NCBI RefSeq assembly: GCF_009914755.1 | Contig: NC_060937.1 | Source: the human T2T-CHM13v2.0 reference genome, Homo sapiens | DNA length: 64,000 bases | Strand: one strand, 5' to 3' | In this document: positions 25,001 to 40,116 of the stretch, piece after piece | Numbering within the stretch: position 1 is the stretch's first letter | How the letters are laid out: the number at the start of each line of letters is the position of its first letter | The notes under the pieces: generated by a model | The model's input: only the letters and a program-made list of their open reading frames with translations | Told to the model about the DNA's origin: nothing | Database searches by the model: none | Translations under genes and position numbers: made by a program

Positions 25001-28000
25001 CCAACGAAATCCTCCAAGCTATCCAAATATCCACCTGCATTTTCCACAAAAAGAGCGTTTCAAAACTGCTCTATCAATAGAAATGTTCAACTCCTTTGGC
25101 TGGGTACACACATCACAAACAAGTTTCTGAGAATGCTTCTGTCTAGTTTTTATGGGAAGACATTCCCTTTTTCACCAAAGGCATCAAAGCGCTCCAAATG
25201 TCCACTTCCAGACACTACAAAAAGAGTGTTTCCAACGTGCTCTAAGAAAGCGAATGTTCAACTCTGTGACTTGAATGCAGATATCACAAAGTAGTTTCTG
25301 AGAGGGCTTCTGTCTAGATTTTAGATGATGATATTCCCGTTTCCAACGAAATCATTAGAGCTATCCAAATATCCACTTACAGTTTCTACAAAAAGAGTGT
25401 TTCCAAACTGCTGCATCAAAAGAGAGGTTCCACTCTGTTAGCTGAGTACACACATCACAAACTTGTTTCTCAGAATCCTTCTGTCTCGTTTTTCTGGGAA
25501 GATATTTACTTTTTCACCGTAGGCATCAAAGCGCTCCAAATGTCCACATCCAGATACTCCAGAAAGAGTGTTTCAAACCTGCTCTATGAAAGGGAATCTT
25601 CAACTCTATGAGTTGAATGCAGACATCAGAAAGAAATTTCTGAGAATGCTGCTGTCTACCTTTTATTTGAATTCCCGCTTCCAACGAAATCCTCCAAGCT
25701 ATCCAAATATCCACTTGCAGATTCCACAAAAAGAGTGTTTCAAAACTGCTCTCTATCAATGGCAAAGTTCAACTCTGTTAGTTGAGGACACATATCACCA
25801 ACAAGTTTCTGAGAATGCTTCTGTCTATTTTTTATGGGAAGATATTTCCTTTTTCACCGTAGGCGTCAAGGCGATCGAAATGTCCACTTCCACAAACTAC
25901 AAAAAGAGTGTTTCAAACCTGCTCTATGAAAGGCCATGTTCATCTCTATGAGTCGAATGGAAATATCCGAAAGAAATTTCTGGGAATGCTGCTGTCTAGT
26001 TTTTATACGAATTCCCGCTTCCAACGAAATCCTCAAAGCAATCCAAATATCCACTTGCAGAATCCACAAAAAGAGTGTTTCAAAACTGCTCTATCAATAG
26101 AAAGGTTCAACTCTTTTAGTTGAGTACACACATCACAAACAAGTTTCTGAGAATGCTTCTGTCTGGCTTTTATTGGAAGACGTTTCCTTTTCACCAAAGG
26201 CATCAAAGCGCTCCAAATGTCCACTTCCAGATTCTTCCAAAAGAGTGTTTGAAACGTGCTCAAAGTAAGGGAATGTTCAACTCTGTGACTTGAATGCAGA
26301 TATCACCAAGTAGTTTCTAATAGTGCTTCTGTCTAGATTTTAGATGATGATATTCCCGTTTCCAACGAAATCGTTAGAGCTATCCAAATATCCACTTACA
26401 GTTTCTACAAAAAGAGTGTTTCCAAACTGCTGCATCAAAAGAAAGGTTCAACTCTGTTAGTTGAGGACACACATCACAAAGAAGTTTGTGAGAATGCTTC
26501 TGTCTAGATTTTGTATGACCATATTCCCTTTTCCAGCGATATCATTAAAGCAATCTAAATATCCATTTGCAGAATCCACAAAAATAGAGTTTCAAAGCTG
26601 CTCTGTAAAAAGAAAGGTTCCACTCTGTTAGCTGAGTACACACATCACAAACTTGTTTCTGAGAATCCTTCTGTCTCGTTTTTATGGGAAGATATTTACT
26701 TTTTCACCGTAGGCATCAAAGCGCTCCAAATGTCCACATCCAGATACTCCAGAAAGAGTGTTTCAAACCTGCTCTATGAAAGGGAATCTTCAACTCTATG
26801 AGTTGAATGCAGACATCAGAAAGAAATTTCTGAGAATGCTGCTGTCTACCTTTTATTTGAATTCCCGCTTCCAACGAAATCCTCCAAGCTATCCAAATAT
26901 CCACCTGCATTTTCCACAAAAAGAGCGTTTCAAAACTGCTCTATCAATAGAAATGTTCAACTCCTTTGGCTGGGTACACACATCACAAACAAGTTTCTGA
27001 GAATGCTTCTGTCTAGTTTTTATGGGAAGACATTCCCTTTTTCACCAAAGGCATCAAAGCGCTCCAAATGTCCACTTCCAGACACTACAAAAAGAGTGTT
27101 TCCAACGTGCTCTAAGAAAGCGAATGTTCAACTCTGTGACTTGAATGCAGATATCACAAAGTAGTTTCTGAGAGGGCTTCTGTCTAGATTTTAGATGATG
27201 ATATTCCCGTTTCCAACGAAATCATTAGAGCTATCCAAATATCCACTTACAGTTTCTACAAAAAGAGTGTTTCCAAACTGCTGCATCAAAAGAGAGGTTC
27301 CACTCTGTTAGCTGAGTACACACATCACAAACTTGTTTCTCAGAATCCTTCTGTCTCGTTTTTCTGGGAAGATATTTACTTTTTCACCGTAGGCATCAAA
27401 GCGCTCCAAATGTCCACATCCAGATACTCCAGAAAGAGTGTTTCAAACCTGCTCTATGAAAGGGAATCTTCAACTCTATGAGTTGAATGCAGACATCAGA
27501 AAGAAATTTCTGAGAATGCTGCTGTCTACCTTTTATTTGAATTCCCGCTTCCAACGAAATCCTCCAAGCTATCCAAATATCCACTTGCAGATTCCACAAA
27601 AAGAGTGTTTCAAAACTGCTCTCTATCAATGGCAAAGTTCAACTCTGTTAGTTGAGGACACATATCACCAACAAGTTTCTGAGAATGCTTCTGTCTATTT
27701 TTTATGGGAAGATATTTCCTTTTTCACCGTAGGCGTCAAGGCGATCGAAATGTCCACTTCCACAAACTACAAAAAGAGTGTTTCAAACCTGCTCTATGAA
27801 AGGCCATGTTCATCTCTATGAGTCGAATGGAAATATCCGAAAGAAATTTCTGGGAATGCTGCTGTCTAGTTTTTATACGAATTCCCGCTTCCAACGAAAT
27901 CCTCAAAGCAATCCAAATATCCACTTGCAGAATCCACAAAAAGAGTGTTTCAAAACTGCTCTATCAATAGAAAGGTTCAACTCTTTTAGTTGAGTACACA

Positions 28001-29576
28001 CATCACAAACAAGTTTCTGAGAATGCTTCTGTCTGGCTTTTATTGGAAGACGTTTCCTTTTCACCAAAGGCATCAAAGCGCTCCAAATGTCCACTTCCAG
28101 ATTCTTCCAAAAGAGTGTTTGAAACGTGCTCAAAGTAAGGGAATGTTCAACTCTGTGACTTGAATGCAGATATCACCAAGTAGTTTCTAATAGTGCTTCT
28201 GTCTAGATTTTAGATGATGATATTCCCGTTTCCAACGAAATCGTTAGAGCTATCCAAATATCCACTTACAGTTTCTACAAAAAGAGTGTTTCCAAACTGC
28301 TGCATCAAAAGAAAGGTTCAACTCTGTTAGTTGAGGACACACATCACAAAGAAGTTTGTGAGAATGCTTCTGTCTAGATTTTGTATGACCATATTCCCTT
28401 TTCCAGCGATATCATTAAAGCAATCTAAATATCCATTTGCAGAATCCACAAAAATAGAGTTTCAAAGCTGCTCTGTAAAAAGAAAGGTTCCACTCTGTTA
28501 GCTGAGTACACACATCACAAACTTGTTTCTGAGAATCCTTCTGTCTCGTTTTTATGGGAAGATATTTACTTTTTCACCGTAGGCATCAAAGCGCTCCAAA
28601 TGTCCACATCCAGATACTCCAGAAAGAGTGTTTCAAACCTGCTCTATGAAAGGGAATCTTCAACTCTATGAGTTGAATGCAGACATCAGAAAGAAATTTC
28701 TGAGAATGCTGCTGTCTACCTTTTATTTGAATTCCCGCTTCCAACGAAATCCTCCAAGCTATCCAAATATCCACCTGCATTTTCCACAAAAAGAGCGTTT
28801 CAAAACTGCTCTATCAATAGAAATGTTCAACTCCTTTGGCTGGGTACACACATCACAAACAAGTTTCTGAGAATGCTTCTGTCTAGTTTTTATGGGAAGA
28901 CATTCCCTTTTTCACCAAAGGCATCAAAGCGCTCCAAATGTCCACTTCCAGACACTACAAAAAGAGTGTTTCCAACGTGCTCTAAGAAAGCGAATGTTCA
29001 ACTCTGTGACTTGAATGCAGATATCACAAAGTAGTTTCTGAGAGGGCTTCTGTCTAGATTTTAGATGATGATATTCCCGTTTCCAACGAAATCATTAGAG
29101 CTATCCAAATATCCACTTACAGTTTCTACAAAAAGAGTGTTTCCAAACTGCTGCATCAAAAGAGAGGTTCCACTCTGTTAGCTGAGTACACACATCACAA
29201 ACTTGTTTCTCAGAATCCTTCTGTCTCGTTTTTCTGGGAAGATATTTACTTTTTCACCGTAGGCATCAAAGCGCTCCAAATGTCCACATCCAGATACTCC
29301 AGAAAGAGTGTTTCAAACCTGCTCTATGAAAGGGAATCTTCAACTCTATGAGTTGAATGCAGACATCAGAAAGAAATTTCTGAGAATGCTGCTGTCTACC
29401 TTTTATTTGAATTCCCGCTTCCAACGAAATCCTCCAAGCTATCCAAATATCCACTTGCAGATTCCACAAAAAGAGTGTTTCAAAACTGCTCTCTATCAAT
29501 GGCAAAGTTCAACTCTGTTAGTTGAGGACACATATCACCAACAAGTTTCTGAGAATGCTTCTGTCTATTTTTTATG
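22097..29576 (-). repeat. Run of four canonical 11-mers (units 15-18)
   Basis: Four consecutive 1870-bp periods. Confidence 0.95.
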
Positions 29577-30766
29577 GGAAGATATTTCCTTTTTCACCGT
29601 AGGCGTCAAGGCGATCGAAATGTCCACTTCCACAAACTACAAAAAGAGTGTTTCAAACCTGCTCTATGAAAGGCCATGTTCATCTCTATGAGTCGAATGG
29701 AAATATCCGAAAGAAATTTCTGGGAATGCTGCTGTCTAGTTTTTATACGAATTCCCGCTTCCAACGAAATCCTCAAAGCAATCCAAATATCCACTTGCAG
29801 AATCCACAAAAAGAGTGTTTCAAAACTGCTCTATCAATAGAAAGGTTCAACTCTTTTAGTTGAGTACACACATCACAAACAAGTTTCTGAGAATGCTTCT
29901 GTCTGGCTTTTATTGGAAGACGTTTCCTTTTCACCAAAGGCATCAAAGCGCTCCAAATGTCCACTTCCAGATTCTTCCAAAAGAGTGTTTGAAACGTGCT
30001 CAAAGTAAGGGAATGTTCAACTCTGTGACTTGAATGCAGATATCACCAAGTAGTTTCTAATAGTGCTTCTGTCTAGATTTTAGATGATGATATTCCCGTT
30101 TCCAACGAAATCGTTAGAGCTATCCAAATATCCACTTACAGTTGCTACAAAAACAGTGTTTCCAAACTGCTGCATCAAAAGAAAGGTTCAACTCTGTTAG
30201 TTGAGGACACACGTCACAAAGAAGTTTGTGAGAATGCTTCTGTCTAGATTTTGTATGACGATATTCCCTTTTCCAACGATATCGTTAAAGCAATCTAAAT
30301 ATCCATTTGCAGAATCCACAAAAATAGAGTTTCAAAGCTGCTCTGTAAAAAGAAAGGTTCCACTCTGTTAGCTGAGTACACACATCACAAACTTGTTTCT
30401 CAGAATCCTTCTGTCTCGTTTTTCTGGGAAGATATTTACTTTTTCACCGTAGGCATCAAAGCGCTCCAAATGTCCACATCCAGATACTCCAGAAAGAGTG
30501 TTTCAAACCTGCTCTATGAAAGGGAATCTTCAACTCTATGAGTTGAATGCAGACATCAGAAAGAAATTTCTGAGAATGCTGCTGTCTACCTTTTATTTGA
30601 ATTCCCGCTTCCAACGAAATCCTCCAAGCTATCCAAATATCCACTTGCAGATTCCACAAAAAGAGTGTTTCAAAACTGCTCTCTATCAATGGCAAAGTTC
30701 AACTCTGTTAGTTGAGGACACATATCACCAACAAGTTTCTGAGAATGCTTCTGTCTATTTTTTATG
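29577..30766 (-). repeat. 7-mer HOR variant, unit 19
   Basis: Anchor spacing 29606 to 30796. Confidence 0.95.
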
Positions 30767-33700
30767 GGAAGATATTTCCTTTTTCACCGTAGGCGTCAAG
30801 GCGATCGAAATGTCCACTTCCACAAACTACAAAAAGAGTGTTTCAAACCTGCTCTATGAAAGGCCATGTTCATCTCTATGAGTCGAATGGAAATATCCGA
30901 AAGAAATTTCTGGGAATGCTGCTGTCTAGTTTTTATACGAATTCCCGCTTCCAACGAAATCCTCAAAGCAATCCAAATATCCACTTGCAGAATCCACAAA
31001 AAGAGTGTTTCAAAACTGCTCTATCAATAGAAAGGTTCAACTCTTTTAGTTGAGTACACACATCACAAACAAGTTTCTGAGAATGCTTCTGTCTGGCTTT
31101 TATTGGAAGACGTTTCCTTTTCACCAAAGGCATCAAAGCGCTCCAAATGTCCACTTCCAGATTCTTCCAAAAGAGTGTTTGAAACGTGCTCAAAGTAAGG
31201 GAATGTTCAACTCTGTGACTTGAATGCAGATATCACCAAGTAGTTTCTAATAGTGCTTCTGTCTAGATTTTAGATGATGATATTCCCGTTTCCAACGAAA
31301 TCGTTAGAGCTATCCAAATATCCACTTACAGTTGCTACAAAAACAGTGTTTCCAAACTGCTGCATCAAAAGAAAGGTTCAACTCTGTTAGTTGAGGACAC
31401 ACATCACAAAGAAGTTTGTGAGAATGCTTCTGTCTAGATTTTGTATGACCATATTCCCTTTTCCAGCGATATCATTAAAGCAATCTAAATATCCATTTGC
31501 AGAATCCACAAAAATAGAGTTTCAAAGCTGCTCTGTAAAAAGAAAGGTTCCACTCTGTTAGCTGAGTACACACATCACAAACTTGTTTCTGAGAATCCTT
31601 CTGTCTCGTTTTTATGGGAAGATATTTACTTTTTCACCGTAGGCATCAAAGCGCTCCAAATGTCCACATCCAGATACTCCAGAAAGAGTGTTTCAAACCT
31701 GCTCTATGAAAGGGAATCTTCAACTCTATGAGTTGAATGCAGACATCAGAAAGAAATTTCTGAGAATGCTGCTGTCTACCTTTTATTTGAATTCCCGCTT
31801 CCAACGAAATCCTCCAAGCTATCCAAATATCCACCTGCATTTTCCACAAAAAGAGCGTTTCAAAACTGCTCTATCAATAGAAATGTTCAACTCCTTTGGC
31901 TGGGTACACACATCACAAACAAGTTTCTGAGAATGCTTCTGTCTAGTTTTTATGGGAAGACATTCCCTTTTTCACCAAAGGCATCAAAGCGCTCCAAATG
32001 TCCACTTCCAGACACTACAAAAAGAGTGTTTCCAACGTGCTCTAAGAAAGCGAATGTTCAACTCTGTGACTTGAATGCAGATATCACAAAGTAGTTTCTG
32101 AGAGGGCTTCTGTCTAGATTTTAGATGATGATATTCCCGTTTCCAACGAAATCATTAGAGCTATCCAAATATCCACTTACAGTTTCTACAAAAAGAGTGT
32201 TTCCAAACTGCTGCATCAAAAGAGAGGTTCCACTCTGTTAGCTGAGTACACACATCACAAACTTGTTTCTCAGAATCCTTCTGTCTCGTTTTTCTGGGAA
32301 GATATTTACTTTTTCACCGTAGGCATCAAAGCGCTCCAAATGTCCACATCCAGATACTCCAGAAAGAGTGTTTCAAACCTGCTCTATGAAAGGGAATCTT
32401 CAACTCTATGAGTTGAATGCAGACATCAGAAAGAAATTTCTGAGAATGCTGCTGTCTACCTTTTATTTGAATTCCCGCTTCCAACGAAATCCTCCAAGCT
32501 ATCCAAATATCCACTTGCAGATTCCACAAAAAGAGTGTTTCAAAACTGCTCTCTATCAATGGCAAAGTTCAACTCTGTTAGTTGAGGACACATATCACCA
32601 ACAAGTTTCTGAGAATGCTTCTGTCTATTTTTTATGGGAAGATATTTCCTTTTTCACCGTAGGCGTCAAGGCGATCGAAATGTCCACTTCCACAAACTAC
32701 AAAAAGAGTGTTTCAAACCTGCTCTATGAAAGGCCATGTTCATCTCTATGAGTCGAATGGAAATATCCGAAAGAAATTTCTGGGAATGCTGCTGTCTAGT
32801 TTTTATACGAATTCCCGCTTCCAACGAAATCCTCAAAGCAATCCAAATATCCACTTGCAGAATCCACAAAAAGAGTGTTTCAAAACTGCTCTATCAATAG
32901 AAAGGTTCAACTCTTTTAGTTGAGTACACACATCACAAACAAGTTTCTGAGAATGCTTCTGTCTGGCTTTTATTGGAAGACGTTTCCTTTTCACCAAAGG
33001 CATCAAAGCGCTCCAAATGTCCACTTCCAGATTCTTCCAAAAGAGTGTTTGAAACGTGCTCAAAGTAAGGGAATGTTCAACTCTGTGACTTGAATGCAGA
33101 TATCACCAAGTAGTTTCTAATAGTGCTTCTGTCTAGATTTTAGATGATGATATTCCCGTTTCCAACGAAATCGTTAGAGCTATCCAAATATCCACTTACA
33201 GTTTCTACAAAAAGAGTGTTTCCAAACTGCTGCATCAAAAGAAAGGTTCAACTCTGTTAGTTGAGGACACACATCACAAAGAAGTTTGTGAGAATGCTTC
33301 TGTCTAGATTTTGTATGACCATATTCCCTTTTCCAGCGATATCATTAAAGCAATCTAAATATCCATTTGCAGAATCCACAAAAATAGAGTTTCAAAGCTG
33401 CTCTGTAAAAAGAAAGGTTCCACTCTGTTAGCTGAGTACACACATCACAAACTTGTTTCTCAGAATCCTTCTGTCTCGTTTTTATGGGAAGATATTTACT
33501 TTTTCACCGTAGGCATCAAAGCGCTCCAAATGTCCACATCCAGATACTCCAGAAAGAGTGTTTCAAACCTGCTCTATGAAAGGGAATCTTCAACTCTATG
33601 AGTTGAATGCAGACATCAGAAAGAAATTTCTGAGAATGCTGCTGTCTACCTTTTATTTGAATTCCCGCTTCCAACGAAATCCTCCAAGCTATCCAAATAT

Positions 33701-36700
33701 CCACCTGCATTTTCCACAAAAAGAGCGTTTCAAAACTGCTCTATCAATAGAAATGTTCAACTCCTTTGGCTGGGTACACACATCACAAACAAGTTTCTGA
33801 GAATGCTTCTGTCTAGTTTTTATGGGAAGACATTCCCTTTTTCACCAAAGGCATCAAAGCGCTCCAAATGTCCACTTCCAGACACTACAAAAAGAGTGTT
33901 TCCAACGTGCTCTAAGAAAGCGAATGTTCAACTCTGTGACTTGAATGCAGATATCACAAAGTAGTTTCTGAGAGGGCTTCTGTCTAGATTTTAGATGATG
34001 ATATTCCCGTTTCCAACGAAATCATTAGAGCTATCCAAATATCCACTTACAGTTTCTACAAAAAGAGTGTTTCCAAACTGCTGCATCAAAAGAGAGGTTC
34101 CACTCTGTTAGCTGAGTACACACATCACAAACTTGTTTCTCAGAATCCTTCTGTCTCGTTTTTCTGGGAAGATATTTACTTTTTCACCGTAGGCATCAAA
34201 GCGCTCCAAATGTCCACATCCAGATACTCCAGAAAGAGTGTTTCAAACCTGCTCTATGAAAGGGAATCTTCAACTCTATGAGTTGAATGCAGACATCAGA
34301 AAGAAATTTCTGAGAATGCTGCTGTCTACCTTTTATTTGAATTCCCGCTTCCAACGAAATCCTCCAAGCTATCCAAATATCCACTTGCAGATTCCACAAA
34401 AAGAGTGTTTCAAAACTGCTCTCTATCAATGGCAAAGTTCAACTCTGTTAGTTGAGGACACATATCACCAACAAGTTTCTGAGAATGCTTCTGTCTATTT
34501 TTTATGGGAAGATATTTCCTTTTTCACCGTAGGCGTCAAGGCGATCGAAATGTCCACTTCCACAAACTACAAAAAGAGTGTTTCAAACCTGCTCTATGAA
34601 AGGCCATGTTCATCTCTATGAGTCGAATGGAAATATCCGAAAGAAATTTCTGGGAATGCTGCTGTCTAGTTTTTATACGAATTCCCGCTTCCAACGAAAT
34701 CCTCAAAGCAATCCAAATATCCACTTGCAGAATCCACAAAAAGAGTGTTTCAAAACTGCTCTATCAATAGAAAGGTTCAACTCTTTTAGTTGAGTACACA
34801 CATCACAAACAAGTTTCTGAGAATGCTTCTGTCTGGCTTTTATTGGAAGACGTTTCCTTTTCACCAAAGGCATCAAAGCGCTCCAAATGTCCACTTCCAG
34901 ATTCTTCCAAAAGAGTGTTTGAAACGTGCTCAAAGTAAGGGAATGTTCAACTCTGTGACTTGAATGCAGATATCACCAAGTAGTTTCTAATAGTGCTTCT
35001 GTCTAGATTTTAGATGATGATATTCCCGTTTCCAACGAAATCGTTAGAGCTATCCAAATATCCACTTACAGTTTCTACAAAAAGAGTGTTTCCAAACTGC
35101 TGCATCAAAAGAAAGGTTCAACTCTGTTAGTTGAGGACACACATCACAAAGAAGTTTGTGAGAATGCTTCTGTCTAGATTTTGTATGACCATATTCCCTT
35201 TTCCAGCGATATCATTAAAGCAATCTAAATATCCATTTGCAGAATCCACAAAAATAGAGTTTCAAAGCTGCTCTGTAAAAAGAAAGGTTCCACTCTGTTA
35301 GCTGAGTACACACATCACAAACTTGTTTCTGAGAATCCTTCTGTCTCGTTTTTATGGGAAGATATTTACTTTTTCACCGTAGGCATCAAAGCGCTCCAAA
35401 TGTCCACATCCAGATACTCCAGAAAGAGTGTTTCAAACCTGCTCTATGAAAGGGAATCTTCAACTCTATGAGTTGAATGCAGACATCAGAAAGAAATTTC
35501 TGAGAATGCTGCTGTCTACCTTTTATTTGAATTCCCGCTTCCAACGAAATCCTCCAAGCTATCCAAATATCCACCTGCATTTTCCACAAAAAGAGCGTTT
35601 CAAAACTGCTCTATCAATAGAAATGTTCAACTCCTTTGGCTGGGTACACACATCACAAACAAGTTTCTGAGAATGCTTCTGTCTAGTTTTTATGGGAAGA
35701 CATTCCCTTTTTCACCAAAGGCATCAAAGCGCTCCAAATGTCCACTTCCAGACACTACAAAAAGAGTGTTTCCAACGTGCTCTAAGAAAGCGAATGTTCA
35801 ACTCTGTGACTTGAATGCAGATATCACAAAGTAGTTTCTGAGAGGGCTTCTGTCTAGATTTTAGATGATGATATTCCCGTTTCCAACGAAATCATTAGAG
35901 CTATCCAAATATCCACTTACAGTTTCTACAAAAAGAGTGTTTCCAAACTGCTGCATCAAAAGAGAGGTTCCACTCTGTTAGCTGAGTACACACATCACAA
36001 ACTTGTTTCTCAGAATCCTTCTGTCTCGTTTTTCTGGGAAGATATTTACTTTTTCACCGTAGGCATCAAAGCGCTCCAAATGTCCACATCCAGATACTCC
36101 AGAAAGAGTGTTTCAAACCTGCTCTATGAAAGGGAATCTTCAACTCTATGAGTTGAATGCAGACATCAGAAAGAAATTTCTGAGAATGCTGCTGTCTACC
36201 TTTTATTTGAATTCCCGCTTCCAACGAAATCCTCCAAGCTATCCAAATATCCACTTGCAGATTCCACAAAAAGAGTGTTTCAAAACTGCTCTCTATCAAT
36301 GGCAAAGTTCAACTCTGTTAGTTGAGGACACATATCACCAACAAGTTTCTGAGAATGCTTCTGTCTATTTTTTATGGGAAGATATTTCCTTTTTCACCGT
36401 AGGCGTCAAGGCGATCGAAATGTCCACTTCCACAAACTACAAAAAGAGTGTTTCAAACCTGCTCTATGAAAGGCCATGTTCATCTCTATGAGTCGAATGG
36501 AAATATCCGAAAGAAATTTCTGGGAATGCTGCTGTCTAGTTTTTATACGAATTCCCGCTTCCAACGAAATCCTCAAAGCAATCCAAATATCCACTTGCAG
36601 AATCCACAAAAAGAGTGTTTCAAAACTGCTCTATCAATAGAAAGGTTCAACTCTTTTAGTTGAGTACACACATCACAAACAAGTTTCTGAGAATGCTTCT

Positions 36701-39700
36701 GTCTGGCTTTTATTGGAAGACGTTTCCTTTTCACCAAAGGCATCAAAGCGCTCCAAATGTCCACTTCCAGATTCTTCCAAAAGAGTGTTTGAAACGTGCT
36801 CAAAGTAAGGGAATGTTCAACTCTGTGACTTGAATGCAGATATCACCAAGTAGTTTCTAATAGTGCTTCTGTCTAGATTTTAGATGATGATATTCCCGTT
36901 TCCAACGAAATCGTTAGAGCTATCCAAATATCCACTTACAGTTTCTACAAAAAGAGTGTTTCCAAACTGCTGCATCAAAAGAAAGGTTCAACTCTGTTAG
37001 TTGAGGACACACATCACAAAGAAGTTTGTGAGAATGCTTCTGTCTAGATTTTGTATGACCATATTCCCTTTTCCAGCGATATCATTAAAGCAATCTAAAT
37101 ATCCATTTGCAGAATCCACAAAAATAGAGTTTCAAAGCTGCTCTGTAAAAAGAAAGGTTCCACTCTGTTAGCTGAGTACACACATCACAAACTTGTTTCT
37201 GAGAATCCTTCTGTCTCGTTTTTATGGGAAGATATTTACTTTTTCACCGTAGGCATCAAAGCGCTCCAAATGTCCACATCCAGATACTCCAGAAAGAGTG
37301 TTTCAAACCTGCTCTATGAAAGGGAATCTTCAACTCTATGAGTTGAATGCAGACATCAGAAAGAAATTTCTGAGAATGCTGCTGTCTACCTTTTATTTGA
37401 ATTCCCGCTTCCAACGAAATCCTCCAAGCTATCCAAATATCCACCTGCATTTTCCACAAAAAGAGCGTTTCAAAACTGCTCTATCAATAGAAATGTTCAA
37501 CTCCTTTGGCTGGGTACACACATCACAAACAAGTTTCTGAGAATGCTTCTGTCTAGTTTTTATGGGAAGACATTCCCTTTTTCACCAAAGGCATCAAAGC
37601 GCTCCAAATGTCCACTTCCAGACACTACAAAAAGAGTGTTTCCAACGTGCTCTAAGAAAGCGAATGTTCAACTCTGTGACTTGAATGCAGATATCACAAA
37701 GTAGTTTCTGAGAGGGCTTCTGTCTAGATTTTAGATGATGATATTCCCGTTTCCAACGAAATCATTAGAGCTATCCAAATATCCACTTACAGTTTCTACA
37801 AAAAGAGTGTTTCCAAACTGCTGCATCAAAAGAGAGGTTCCACTCTGTTAGCTGAGTACACACATCACAAACTTGTTTCTCAGAATCCTTCTGTCTCGTT
37901 TTTCTGGGAAGATATTTACTTTTTCACCGTAGGCATCAAAGCGCTCCAAATGTCCACATCCAGATACTCCAGAAAGAGTGTTTCAAACCTGCTCTATGAA
38001 AGGGAATCTTCAACTCTATGAGTTGAATGCAGACATCAGAAAGAAATTTCTGAGAATGCTGCTGTCTACCTTTTATTTGAATTCCCGCTTCCAACGAAAT
38101 CCTCCAAGCTATCCAAATATCCACTTGCAGATTCCACAAAAAGAGTGTTTCAAAACTGCTCTCTATCAATGGCAAAGTTCAACTCTGTTAGTTGAGGACA
38201 CATATCACCAACAAGTTTCTGAGAATGCTTCTGTCTATTTTTTATGGGAAGATATTTCCTTTTTCACCGTAGGCGTCAAGGCGATCGAAATGTCCACTTC
38301 CACAAACTACAAAAAGAGTGTTTCAAACCTGCTCTATGAAAGGCCATGTTCATCTCTATGAGTCGAATGGAAATATCCGAAAGAAATTTCTGGGAATGCT
38401 GCTGTCTAGTTTTTATACGAATTCCCGCTTCCAACGAAATCCTCAAAGCAATCCAAATATCCACTTGCAGAATCCACAAAAAGAGTGTTTCAAAACTGCT
38501 CTATCAATAGAAAGGTTCAACTCTTTTAGTTGAGTACACACATCACAAACAAGTTTCTGAGAATGCTTCTGTCTGGCTTTTATTGGAAGACGTTTCCTTT
38601 TCACCAAAGGCATCAAAGCGCTCCAAATGTCCACTTCCAGATTCTTCCAAAAGAGTGTTTGAAACGTGCTCAAAGTAAGGGAATGTTCAACTCTGTGACT
38701 TGAATGCAGATATCACCAAGTAGTTTCTAATAGTGCTTCTGTCTAGATTTTAGATGATGATATTCCCGTTTCCAACGAAATCGTTAGAGCTATCCAAATA
38801 TCCACTTACAGTTTCTACAAAAAGAGTGTTTCCAAACTGCTGCATCAAAAGAAAGGTTCAACTCTGTTAGTTGAGGACACACATCACAAAGAAGTTTGTG
38901 AGAATGCTTCTGTCTAGATTTTGTATGACCATATTCCCTTTTCCAGCGATATCATTAAAGCAATCTAAATATCCATTTGCAGAATCCACAAAAATAGAGT
39001 TTCAAAGCTGCTCTGTAAAAAGAAAGGTTCCACTCTGTTAGCTGAGTACACACATCACAAACTTGTTTCTGAGAATCCTTCTGTCTCGTTTTTATGGGAA
39101 GATATTTACTTTTTCACCGTAGGCATCAAAGCGCTCCAAATGTCCACATCCAGATACTCCAGAAAGAGTGTTTCAAACCTGCTCTATGAAAGGGAATCTT
39201 CAACTCTATGAGTTGAATGCAGACATCAGAAAGAAATTTCTGAGAATGCTGCTGTCTACCTTTTATTTGAATTCCCGCTTCCAACGAAATCCTCCAAGCT
39301 ATCCAAATATCCACCTGCATTTTCCACAAAAAGAGCGTTTCAAAACTGCTCTATCAATAGAAATGTTCAACTCCTTTGGCTGGGTACACACATCACAAAC
39401 AAGTTTCTGAGAATGCTTCTGTCTAGTTTTTATGGGAAGACATTCCCTTTTTCACCAAAGGCATCAAAGCGCTCCAAATGTCCACTTCCAGACACTACAA
39501 AAAGAGTGTTTCCAACGTGCTCTAAGAAAGCGAATGTTCAACTCTGTGACTTGAATGCAGATATCACAAAGTAGTTTCTGAGAGGGCTTCTGTCTAGATT
39601 TTAGATGATGATATTCCCGTTTCCAACGAAATCATTAGAGCTATCCAAATATCCACTTACAGTTTCTACAAAAAGAGTGTTTCCAAACTGCTGCATCAAA

Positions 39701-40116
39701 AGAGAGGTTCCACTCTGTTAGCTGAGTACACACATCACAAACTTGTTTCTCAGAATCCTTCTGTCTCGTTTTTCTGGGAAGATATTTACTTTTTCACCGT
39801 AGGCATCAAAGCGCTCCAAATGTCCACATCCAGATACTCCAGAAAGAGTGTTTCAAACCTGCTCTATGAAAGGGAATCTTCAACTCTATGAGTTGAATGC
39901 AGACATCAGAAAGAAATTTCTGAGAATGCTGCTGTCTACCTTTTATTTGAATTCCCGCTTCCAACGAAATCCTCCAAGCTATCCAAATATCCACTTGCAG
40001 ATTCCACAAAAAGAGTGTTTCAAAACTGCTCTCTATCAATGGCAAAGTTCAACTCTGTTAGTTGAGGACACATATCACCAACAAGTTTCTGAGAATGCTT
40101 CTGTCTATTTTTTATG
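30767..40116 (-). repeat. Run of five 1870-bp 11-mers (units 20-24)
   Basis: Five consecutive 1870-bp periods. Confidence 0.95.
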
